Source: Klebsormidium nitens (lineage: Eukaryota; Plantae; Klebsormidiophyceae). From it: 64,000 bases of DNA. The notes under the pieces were generated by a model, which was given only the letters and a program-made list of their open reading frames with translations, was not told the DNA's origin and did no database searches. Position numbers and translations under genes: made by a program. How positions within the stretch are numbered: the first letter of the stretch is position 1; each line of letters begins with the position of its first letter. Shown in pieces: positions 50,612-62,177 of the stretch. The stretch lies in assembly GCA_000708835.1 (NCBI GenBank), contig DF237166.1, positions 62,001 to 126,000 of the forward strand, in the 5' to 3' direction.

Positions 50612-51313
50612 CACAGTTTGTTGTTTGAATTTTTCGCTTACATGCTCCAGACCAACTCACAACATAGGCGATGTCGGGCTTGGCTGTTCCTGTTCGTTGT
50701 TACGTCCTAGCCTACAAGCAGCCAATAATTTGTGTTGATAGGATTTTGAAACCAGGACCCGCAGGCTATCTGAAGCAGCTCAAAATGCATGCGCGCACGT
50801 CTACTTATGAACTATGGCAAGAAGTTGTTCTTGACGAAGCTAAGGTCGTTGTAAGAAGGAAAACGATACATTCTAAGTTCAGTGGCACCTCCGATTCCGA
50901 GCTTCCTTTTCCGTTGTCCTGCGTGCACATGGTTGGCGTGACAACGTTTACAAATCGACATGAGGCCAGTCGGTTGCATGAGCACTTGAAAGGCATTTCA
51001 AGTTTGACAGATCATTACAACATCATGCATCATGCTTCTTGACAGCTGTCACGGCAAGATCGACTAAAGCTAGCGATCTGAGTAAACCAGACGAAAACTA
51101 TATGATTGAGCTAATTGCTGCTCGATCGCATATGTGGCAATACGCGTTTAGTTCGCTCTCTAGCGAGTATCGTACAGATCCACATGGTACTACATAATTT
51201 GCCACTGGATTTCCGACGTGATCAAGCATGTATAGGCGGCTATATAGTGTCACTTCCAAGAGCTCGGATTGCATCGAGGGGGCATGCACTGCAAACTTAT
51301 ATATAGCCGTCTA

Positions 51314-51359
51314 GCATATATAAATGCCATATGCAGCTGCATATGGCATTTATATATGC
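51314..51359. repeat. 46-bp perfect palindrome
   Basis: gcatatataaatgccatatgcag followed directly by its reverse complement ctgcatatggcatttatatatgc. Confidence 0.9.
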
Positions 51360-52308
51360 CCTATACCAAGGATCAACCGGCATCGTTGTATCCGGGCGGC
51401 CATCTTCTCTAGGAATGACCATGTGTTAATTCAGACTTATGCGTACGGTAGCTTATATATCAAGATTCCACTACGTACTATGTTCTATAAACATCACGTG
51501 AATTCTATCGCTTTCTAAAAAGCTCGTCAATGTCAGGCTGCACTCACCATCGAGTAGGTAGGTCACCAGATTGGCACAAAGTCACAAAGGAATGAGACGT
51601 TGTTTTGTGGCTTAGCAAGTCGCGGAGGGATCCCCTCAGATCTACCTTGATAGCTAGATCAACCGGTGCCTAGGTCTGTCGATCGGGTGAAAGTCGATCA
51701 CGCCGATCCATGCCCCGGTAGGGTGGCCGATCGACCGGTGGAAGTAGCGCGGCCCAAAGCGCTTCAGAAGTTAAGTTAAGACTGCGCCCGGTTCACAACT
51801 TACCGGGACAATATTATTGCAATTCCACCGACCAACCTTCCGCCCCATGCACTGCCTAGACTCGGCCGTGCTGCTCAATGCGCTGCAGCCTGCATGCAAG
51901 GTTATATGCGTATATATATCTGATATATCTTATATAGATAGCCTCGCATATAGTAGTCACATGGTTCGAGACAGCAACGGCGTGCGCTTTGGGCTGAGCT
52001 TCCACAAGGAGGTGGCATTTGAGTTATGTAGTACAAAAGCGTAGAATCCATGAGCTGAATGTAGACGTCGCAGGTGGGGCGCAGATTGACTGCTTCAACG
52101 TAGCCAACAGCATTGACTTTGCTTCAAGTACTGCATTTAGGATGCGCTGATTGTGAGTTTCTGTCCACCATTTCGCAATTGAACAGTCCAAATCCCTTCT
52201 CTGTAGCTGTTAGTTGCGTGCAGCAGCCAGTTCTTCGCTTGACAAAGAATACCAACAAGAAGACTGCACAAGATTGAAGTGCTTCTGCTAACACGGTTGT
52301 TCAAAAGG

Positions 52309-55300
52309 ATGTCTTCCTACGACCAGGCTGGTGAGTACTCAACACTTGCTCTACTTCAAGACAAGGACTTGTTCAATGAATGATTAAGAAGCTTTAGCTC
52401 CCATTGCAGCATTGGAGGTCTCTGGCAGGACTTACGTGGCAGGTATGAGCCAACAGTCAGCTTCCCCATTTCATGCACTTTGAAGTCTCTGTTCAGCAAA
52501 ACACAGTCTGATAGATAGATTATCAGACACATCTCTGGAAGATTATACATTCTGCTAGTCACTGCACAACGCTCATGACTTGCAAATCCTCTTCTCTGCA
52601 GATCTGAAGGACATGGAGGCTGTGCATGAACTGGTGAGACACCTTACCAATCTGCTTACTACATGCATGATGTTCACACCTTTCACAGCTTCTTCAAGTA
52701 CAAAGCCATAGAATGCTCCAAACAGCATCTCCACGCAATTCATTCTTGGAAGAGCGCTCTTTGGTGTTCCATGCCACAATTGATGCTTAAAAGCCAATTA
52801 TGCAGGGCAGGACAGATAGGAAGAGGCTGATATGAGGACGTGCTTTGCGCAAGACTTCTAGCCTACACCAAACAATGGACACATTTGGACAGATTTAGAC
52901 ACATTGCCCTTATGTCATCTTTGTCCAAGAAAAGCAAAAAGTCACGACCTGATCTGGAGGTTTTGTATAGCCCTCCCATGTCTGTTGGGGCGGCAGCTTT
53001 CAGTCAAGCATGCACTTTCACCAACCGACACTTGTCTTTTTTCTATGTCCAGGAGCCAATCAGAGTCAACGGTTGCGACATTCGGGTCACGACGTCCGGG
53101 CTAGTGCTGCCGGACGCCTTGGCTGCAATCTTCCAGCCAGTGGACAACCACATGCAGCTCCTGAGAACAGCAGTCACAGCCGAGGCCATGGAGAGATGGG
53201 GCTACGACGTCAGGAGCGTGAAGCTCGCAAACCCTTACAAGCAGTAAGTATCCAGATGAGGCTTGAATGGGCCCCGGACCATGCATATTAGCATATGGTC
53301 TACAAGGATTTTGGGGCCGTGGCATACGGCATATCGGCCAAAAACTGATTTGGCATCCGGCATATTGGCATCTGCAATATGCCAATATGTCTAAGATAGT
53401 CTAGTATAACGTGTTTTCTGGCCCTGAATGGCGTACACTTCGATTACGAATGTTCTGACATGTTCTGGCTTATCTAATCCGTTTATCAAGCTAGGTATGA
53501 GCAAACAATAGCAACTATTATTTAGACCGTATACATCATATACCAGCAGGTTTTGTGAGGTTATGTGCTTTTAAAACGGAAAAGTCGCTTTTGGATTATA
53601 CTGAAAACTTACACAAAAACGCAAAAAACTTCTCGTGAATGCAAGGCGTATATTAGATGGACCAGCTCGCTTATGGTTCGCGGTTGAGTAGGCTTCCCCG
53701 AGGTCCACAAATTCGGCTGGTACCATACGGGCCAGCCAAACATTACAAGCTCACCAAACGAAGTTTCTCGCATTTTTGCTATCATAAATGGTGGAATTTG
53801 ATGTTCTTGTAAGTAGTGATTGAACCTGTTACACTCAGCTGCCTCGAAACAGTAAATCGGCATGAAAATTTAGTGTCTGCCGTCGTTTTTGAGCCGCATA
53901 CGGCCATTTTCAAGTCAAAAAACAAAGATTTAGCATATATGCTGATTGCATATAACATAACCCAAAAAGAGGCGCTCGGCATATGGCAGAACGGCCAAAA
54001 ACTCGGCTGGCATATGGCATATTGAAGTCGAAATATGCATGGTCCGGGGCCCACTTGAACACTACAGATATAGTGCCGATAAGTAGACTGGTCACAAGCT
54101 GGTGTACAAGGTTTGCAAGGTCTTGGGAGAAGCTTCCGTGAGGCTGTCTTCAAGAGTTTCTTGCCTTTTGAGAATGGCATGGATCAAGACTGCGAGGTTC
54201 ACTTGGCGGCAGGTGGTTTGACCATCGGAGGAGCAAGTTAGCACTGTTCAAAAGCTATCTGAAGGAAGGACAAAGCAGAGGGCAGATGTCAAATAGTCAT
54301 GGCTGTACAGCTGGTTAGTGGTACTGACAGCTGTCATTGGTGGCATTAGTTGAGGGCATTGCCAGTCAGAGGCTGAGCGCCAACTTGCACCGTCGTTTTT
54401 CCCTTGTCGACTTCAGCAAATACAATTACGACGCATCAATCTCTTGCGAGGCCATCTCGACAACTTGTGGAGTCCTTTGGACCTATTGAGAAGCATATGA
54501 GCGAAAAGGACTTGGTTTAGGAGCACCACTTAGGAATTCTAAATCAAAAGTTGTTTGCAATCAAAGCGGCACAGCTGGCAAGTGGCAGAGACAGCTGGCG
54601 CGTGAATGGAAGGGGTTGTCTGACAGCTGTCACCTCTGTCCTAAAACTGGTCAGCAGCAGACAGATCTTTGTACAGCTGGCATCTTTTGATTTAATTCAA
54701 ACTGGCATATACGGAACCCTTGCAAAGCAACCCTTGCATTCGCATCTTTTTGTGGGGAACGAGCAAGAGGAACCGTGCTTTCTTCACCCACCTTTGGGCC
54801 CAGTCTTGGATATTCTCGCCTTGAGGATGACAAACCCGCACAAACAGAGTTCTTTGTTTTGCAGCCGCAGTGCGGTACTCCGTTTTCCGCATTTTTACCA
54901 TCGCAAACTAATTGTTCTTTTATAGAGAACAGGAAAGAAAGTCTTGATAGCTGCAAATGAAATGCAAGCACCTGCGGAGAAGCGAGTCCTCTAAATTTAC
55001 CAGACATTTAAGCTGGAAATTTCGATTTTCTACTTATGTTGGAGTAGGCAGGTCTGTAGCTTCCACGCACTCCATCGTTTCCTAGCGCACACGCACGCAG
55101 ACGAGCCTTGTGAGTGCAGAATGCGAGGAGAAAAGGCCGAAAAATGCGACAAGAGGCGCCACAACTTTCTCAAGCTCTACTGGCAAAAACTGGAGGATGA
55201 GTACAAGCGGATACGGAAGGTAAGAACTACGAGTACACTTGAACTTAACCGTGCGGTTGCGCCTGAGCACTCGTATCTGCACGCTTCTGTTAGGCGCGAG

Positions 55301-58300
55301 ATGCGAAAGCCCCTCATGTTTGACAAACCGGTTGGATACTCGTTGGCCCCAGCTTACACAGGTTTGATCATGAAGGTCAAGGAAGCGTGTGTATCTCTTC
55401 AGGCACGAGTTTTCTGATAAATTCTTGCATGTGGCACCCGTTCAGCTCTCTCTTTGAGGTCATAGGACCGATCAATCCGACCAGACACCTTGTTCATCTA
55501 CATAAAATCTTGATTGGGTCGAGAAGCTCTCGGCTGAAGGTACTCTGGAGCTAGTCGGGTCCGCTTATCCAACGGGTCCATCGTAACAATCAGATCAATC
55601 GCTGACGGCATCCTGAAACGCTTCTCACTTGATGGCCTCAAACACAGTCACTTAGACCAAGTCGCCCCACATGTTCGATTGGGCCAGAAGATTCCTCCCA
55701 AACCTTGGTGTTCTTCTCTCTTTTGTGACGCACATGGATCGGAGCATAACAGATATGTTAAGGATCGAAATATGTTTGATCATGCATACTGTATCAAAAC
55801 TTCGGCATATAAATACCGATTGGTGTGGGCCGCAAGGTTCCCGTTCTTGGCTGACGTCACACCTCGTTCCTCCAAGCTCCGACTGGTGAAAACATAGTCG
55901 GGTTACATTTTCACCGCTGACGTCATTGCGGAACCCCACAGGCGGCCTTTATGAAGAGGAAGCGCTCCCGGCCCTACTATCAATGCCGCGACCAGCGCGC
56001 CATTCAGATGCCACGTGTCAATTACGGATCCCAAGGGATGGACGGTGGGGACAAGCCGGGAGACTGGGGGCGACAGTCTGGGAGCGTGAGCGGCGAAACG
56101 GCGAAAGAAGAGGACGGAAGAGAGGGAAAGGAGGGTTCTACGCGCCGGTGGGTTTCCGGAAGACGAGCGGAGCAGAACGGAAGCGGAACCGAGAATCCAA
56201 ATGGGAACGGGAACGGGAATGGAAACGGCAACGGAAACGGAACCCGGATTGAGAGGGAAGCAGCGGAACGGGGGAATGGCAGGGCGGGTGTGGTGACGCC
56301 GGAGCCGGAACAAGGGGATGGGCCGCGGAACAACGGAGTGCGCAGCGATGGAAAGGCTGTAAGCTGCGAGACAAGTGCGAGTGAGGAGGAAGGTTATACG
56401 ATTCCAGCAGAGTCGCTCAACTCAGAACACTTTCGGACTGGAGTCCAGGAGCTCCTTGCGAGAACAAGAGATATGAAGGCAAGGAGCGTCGCCGAGAAGG
56501 CGGGCAACGGGCACAGCGGCTGGGGCGCGGTCGAGATATTGACGGAGGCGATCGAGCGGGAGCTAAACGGAGTCGAGAGGGTACTTTCAGTGGCGGTGGA
56601 AGGAAAAGTTGGGGACGAAGAAGCGCGAGAAATCGGTCGGCACATGATGAGGGTCCAGAAGCTCAATTCCTTGGAGAGTTTCCACGAGTTGCTCGCCAGT
56701 GAGACGGAAGCCGGCGGAATGGGCGGCGATCGGATTCCGGCGAAAGCCCCGGAGGCGAAACAGCCGGACGACTACCTAGAGGGCATCGCGCAACTTTTCG
56801 CAGAGAAGGACGCAGAGGAGGCGAGCAAGTCAGCGAACGCAGGCGACAACGATGGGTCCCCAAACGATCCCGGAAACACGAGCCCCCCGGTGAAGCAGCA
56901 GTCGTTCCGCCCAGAGATTGCGGCTCCTTTCGTGGAGCGCTCTCCTAACTTTCCCACGCGCAACACCTCTGTCGCGGATGGCTCGGACACATGCCAGACC
57001 TTGGGGAAGGGCGGCCGCGCAAGCGCAACTACCGGAAAGGAGAACGCTTCGCCGATGCAAAGTCTTAGCGACAACCAGAGCGGGGAGAAAGGTTTTGGAA
57101 GCGGGAGCAACGCCGGATTTTCAGATGAAGGGGAAGGCTCTGAAGCGGAGGATGACTCCGGCCGATCAGAAAACAGGGCCGGCTACGGCCACCGGTCACG
57201 GAACGAGTCCAATGGAAAATGGGAACCTGGATTTGTCCCACTTGTAGCTGGAATCGAGCGACATGCAGTTGGAGTCATACAGCGGTATAGCAGGGCCTTT
57301 GGGAACGCCAGCATAGGTGAGGAAAATCAATGCGAGAGCGAAGCCGTCCAGGGGGGCGGAAGGGGGGCTAAGTTGTACCCTGCGCCCGGGGAAAGCCTTC
57401 CGGGGAGCGTGAGCGTGGGCCAGAAGAAGGGGCCGGGAAGCCTTCGGAGCAGCGTGGGGTCGAGTGGGGCTGTCAGCCTACAGGGGAGCCTCAGCAGAGC
57501 TGTCAATTCACAGAATCCCATCAGCAGGGAGCAGGTGATGCGGTTGGCGGACCCGCTGTTGGCCGTCTTTGTGGACCTCACCGGCGGGGTAAGTTTTACG
57601 AAGCTCGTACATCGTGAACCGTGGTTAGCTGCGTAAATGTCTCTTGGTATGGCAGCTCTGGGAGGAGCGCGTAAAGAACGTCTCAGCTTGGCTCTAAGAT
57701 GAGCTTCGAATAACGCGGACGTGCAATTGCGTGGGCGTCCATTTCTGTTGCAGGGGCCGGACATACCTCGTCAATGTATCGTTTGTCAGAATGGTTGATG
57801 GCAGAATGGTAAAGAAGTCTTAATTGCGCGATTCCTGCACCGTCCAACCGTTAATCTTTAGACAGCCCAAAGCCTGAGGAGACGTTGAGCATCTGTTGCA
57901 TCACTGCCGAGCAATTTAGAACGAGGGTCTTGTTTCCCTGCAGGACCGAGCAGCGGCCATGCGTATGTTTCATTGGGCGATCGAGCTTTCGTCTCTGCCG
58001 CTGCATCTGCGGTGGGTTTACATTCTGCAAATTGAAGTGCTAGGCTTCAAAGAGACCAGGAATTGTCCCGCAAATCCATTCGAGCGTACGTGTGGAAGGC
58101 AGCCCAGATAAAGTTTGCATCCGTTGTATCGGCCAGCCTTCGAGCTCTGCATCTACCTACATCCATTGATACTTGCATCGACCCTGATCCCATTCTAAAC
58201 GCGCTCGACGGCAGCTGCAAACGCTGCTGCCAACGTGGCGCAAAGTAGCAACCTGACTGGTCACATCGACTGCTGACGGGGCCTTTTGACCTGCTAGTAC

Positions 58301-59729
58301 GCATTCCTCGCTAGCAGGTCAAGAGTGTTCGGCAATCAGTGCTGAGTGACGAGGCGCACCTTCCGTGCATCGGCAGTTGACTTTGGCCGCAGAATCGATC
58401 TCAGGCAGCTGCAACAAAGCTTGCTCGTTTCCTTTGTTCGACCTCTAAAAGACCGTTTGCCACCTGTTAGGTACTGATTCTCCTTCAGACGGGCTCTCAA
58501 ACTCGTAATGTATCCTCCATATACCAACCTCTTACTGAAACCAGCATGGGGTTTCCAGGTCTCAGATCATTGGGCCAGAGCATACGATCGAGGCCAACTT
58601 TGATGAGGTCTGCGGCACGCTCTGCACCGCGCTGGCGGAATCGCCGCCGGAAGCGGAACCGATGCTGATGGCGACGGTGGCGGAGGCGGCCGCGAGAGCG
58701 GAGATGCCGAACGCGTGGCGGCCGCGATTACCCCTCCTGGCCAAGTCCCTCATCGACGTGGACCAAAAACAGCGCTACAAGCGCTGCCCGGACGACCTGT
58801 TTCATCTCATGAAGAGGATCGGACAACTAGAGTGAGTCAGATTCGTGAAAGTGGGTCGACATCTTGTTTTCGGATGCACGAAGCTGCTAATCTTGCGTGC
58901 CGGTTCGCTTGCGACGACTCTCTTTTTTGGGTTCCGGGCGTTGAGGGCAAAGGCTGCCAGGACGCAAACCCACTGTCTGTAACAAGGATAAGATTTTCAA
59001 CGGCTTGTCGAATGAATGCTCAGCCTTATGTGTAGGCAATTATACGTGATGTTCCTATTCCGCTTATCGAGCCAATTCTTGAATCAGTGTACCTTTACCC
59101 GCAATTGCAGCAGAACAGCATGATTTCTGCGGCTGATTGTCACCTTGGAGATGCACCTGCTCTAAATTTGAAACGTACTGTAGTATCCCATAGTCACGCA
59201 GACTCGACCTTTCCCGGAAACTTCTACGAAAAGTGGCTTGTCTACTGTTTAGCATGCCGTGACGTGCTCTTGACGGCACATGTTGCCCCTATACGGGCCA
59301 GATTGCCCTTGCGGTTGATTTAGAGTTTACTTACCTTCACGAGATCGAATCAGATATTAATCGCACCTAACATGCTACTCGCAAACCCGTGTACACCTGT
59401 GCCGCATCTGACGTTTCTTCCACCCCTGCAGGACCGACCAGCCATGCCATCCAAGGCTCGCAAAGAAGCCGCCCTTTGAGGGCCCCGGGCACTTTACGTG
59501 GGGCCAGACGATCCTTCGCTATCTGGGGATGAAGTTCGCCAACGTTCTTTGGTGCCTGTCTAGATCCCGGAGAGATGCGGACCTGGAGCCGGGCAGTTTG
59601 GACAGGACGACAGACTCCGAGTTCATCCGGGCCGCAAACGAGCTGTGCTATGACGGCGGCAATGTCAAGGTGTTCGGGTACGTGGAGCGGCTTCGGCAGC
59701 AGCCTTTTGCTTTTGCGGAAATGACTTAA
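52309..59729 (+). CDS. Large protein of unknown function: short N-terminal domain, long disordered middle, conserved helical C-terminal domain shared with the gene at 62178-63467
   Basis: Eight exons join in frame with canonical sites: 52309-52330, 52602-52633, 53053-53243, 55120-55219, 56008-57588, 57944-58011, 58559-58831, 59432-59729. Confidence 0.75.
53268..54053. mobile_element. Non-autonomous DNA transposon (MITE-like), 786 bp, in intron 3 of the 52309-59729 gene
   Basis: Perfect 22-bp terminal inverted repeats tgggccccggaccatgcatatt (53268-53289) and aatatgcatggtccggggccca (54032-54053), flanked on both sides by cttgaa. No coding capacity evident. Confidence 0.8.
56198..56242 (+). repeat. 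Coding (Asn-Gly)n dipeptide repeat
   Basis: Translates NGNGNGNGNGNGNG with synonymous codon variation. Confidence 0.85.
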
Positions 59730-62177
59730 GATTATTCTGGGGAGTGACTGGTGATGCTTTTGAGACTGAGATACTCTTGGGTTTGGGGAGAGACTAAATC
59801 AGTTGTGGGCAATGAGCTGAAGTGTAATCGACAGAATGGGCTCAAACAATTGGGGGCTTTTGGCTGGACTTAGAAGCAGAAAGGTGACTCTGAAGACTTG
59901 CGAAGGCGTAAGTGATGCATTATTGCTTCAAATTGGACCGACGCTACGGGGTAGACAGTGAAGCGACTTAGAATGAGAATAGAGTACGTGCTGTTTATGA
60001 ATCAAGTTGAAGGAGGATTTGTTAGACGAGCAGGTCGGACGATAGTGGTTACGGTGGCCTTTGAAAAACGCAGTTGCCGCTAGCTGAGAAGGGTACAGGC
60101 TGCTGCGCCAGAGAATCATTGATTGGCTTCCTTGAGGGGGCTCGGTGTTTCAACGTGCATGCTGAGCTCATCATCCTTGAAAACCGCAACTATGCCGTGT
60201 AAGTTGATACGTAGTACTAGTTTCGGATTGCCTTGGCAGCATTCCGTTTTACGTAAGTCGGCGGCGGCCCTGAGCTACTGAGCATGGGTCGATTGAACAC
60301 CTGGCGTTACAAGATCTGGACGCCTTCACTAAATCTATGTCACGTGTATCCAGATATGCGTATGAACTTGAATCCTGGCGCGCTACGTTGAAATGTGTGC
60401 CCTGCACGTGCACATGCTGCACCTAGACAAAATTGTTCTTACTCATTGAGTTGGTGACACGGCATGGAAGGTATTCCCGAGAGTCGCGGACGGACATCAA
60501 CCATGTGCGTCAGGACGCTGATCGTGCATACAGACCGCATGTGATACTCTATACATGTGGGACTCAGCATGAGCCACAGTGTAAAGCAGTTCAATAAATC
60601 TCACCATAAGTTGAAGGCAGGACCAGCACGCCCTATAATTTCAATGAGGACATTACCCAGCACATGATATATATCATGCAAGGGCAAGTTTAGATGTAAG
60701 ATTGAACATGCGCATGCCGTGGCGCGCTTTGCAATCGCGGTGGCACGTCATTGTCGAACCGCAACTTTCGTGTTCGTTAAGCCGCGGGCCCAATGAGTAG
60801 TTGGTCGACAGCACAGCCCGCCGCGCTGCCATAAAGCCTGATGATCTCACGCCTGTTCCTGATCATGCAGCCTGGGCCGCCTGCCATCTTTCGATTTTAA
60901 CGGCCTCTGACTATGGCAGCTTTGCTGATCTCGAATATATGTGACCGAATCTACTAAAGCTAGAGCCATCAATAACGTGGACGTTGTCGGCCCGTCATGC
61001 TGAGTTGGGTCGATAAATTCACCTGCGTTCAGTGTTGGAAAGGCAAGGTGGGTCAAAAACGGAATGTGACCGGACTATAGACAAACATGATGATCCGATC
61101 CTTAATGCTCCTATGTTTCATTATAAAACCCATCTGCTAGTCCAAAACAACCTGCCAGGGTATATACCTACATATCGGATGTCACATACGTATACTTAGC
61201 TTGCACAGTAAATGATCTCGCGATTCACCACGAGTGCCCCGGTACCCCGGAAGAAAATATCAGGTTTTAATGATGCATGCAGGGCCACCCCCAGTTATAA
61301 AACATCCGTAAAGCCTACTATAAGAAGGGTACAACAACATGCCCTGAACATGTACGTGCCTTTCATGCACGTTATAAGCTAGCTTGGCCCGCACGTATAC
61401 ATCGGCGGCAGGGAGGCTAGCTGTTGACAAAATGCCACGACTCGGACGATCAATATGAGCAAGACCCGGCTTTGACCGGACTCAGGCTCATATGGCCTCC
61501 ATCGCTCATGGTTGGGCCTCGCGGACATCATACCGATAGAATCAATGGCAGCTAGCCGGGCATGATGGTTCGGTGGGCCATCCTTGTCGCGTCACTTCAT
61601 GTGCTGGCAGGTTGGCCCGCTCATTTCAGGCTCGTGATAAATTGGACTTGGAGCATCACACGCAATACTGGCCCCGGATCCGCATGAATGATCATGCAAC
61701 TTTCCAACAGTAAGCAGTGCTTACATACTCTCTGATTGGAGAGTCACAATGTTGCAGATGATTACTGCACGGGAGTACATCTAGCTTGTTGCGGTGCTGC
61801 CATTTACGCGTTCTCTTTTCTATGTCTATTTCAATGGGCAATTGTCGAGACCAGCATAGCAAAGACGGCCGCAATCTGCAACATCAGAATCTTCATTGAC
61901 TGTTGGTAACTATATCGAACAGGATTCAGCTGTTGCCCCTGCTTTTTGACTTTGAGGAGTCACCAATCGTCTCCGTTTATCCGCCAACCTTTTAATATTT
62001 GATCTCGTCGTTAGTCCAACACCGCGCTTGCATGATGTCATATACAAACGGGCTAATGCCCCAGCCTGACGCCCTACGAACAACATACGAGATACACAAA
62101 ACTCACGGTTATGAACTCATGACCCGTAGCCTAGGGGCTTCTCTGCCGGCAAGCTCGTAACTCAATCGCTATCTCCT

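Noticed and set aside
55903-56374. Several overlapping minus-strand ORFs with FPFPFP repeats
   Set aside because: Antisense shadows of the (NG)n-containing large exon.
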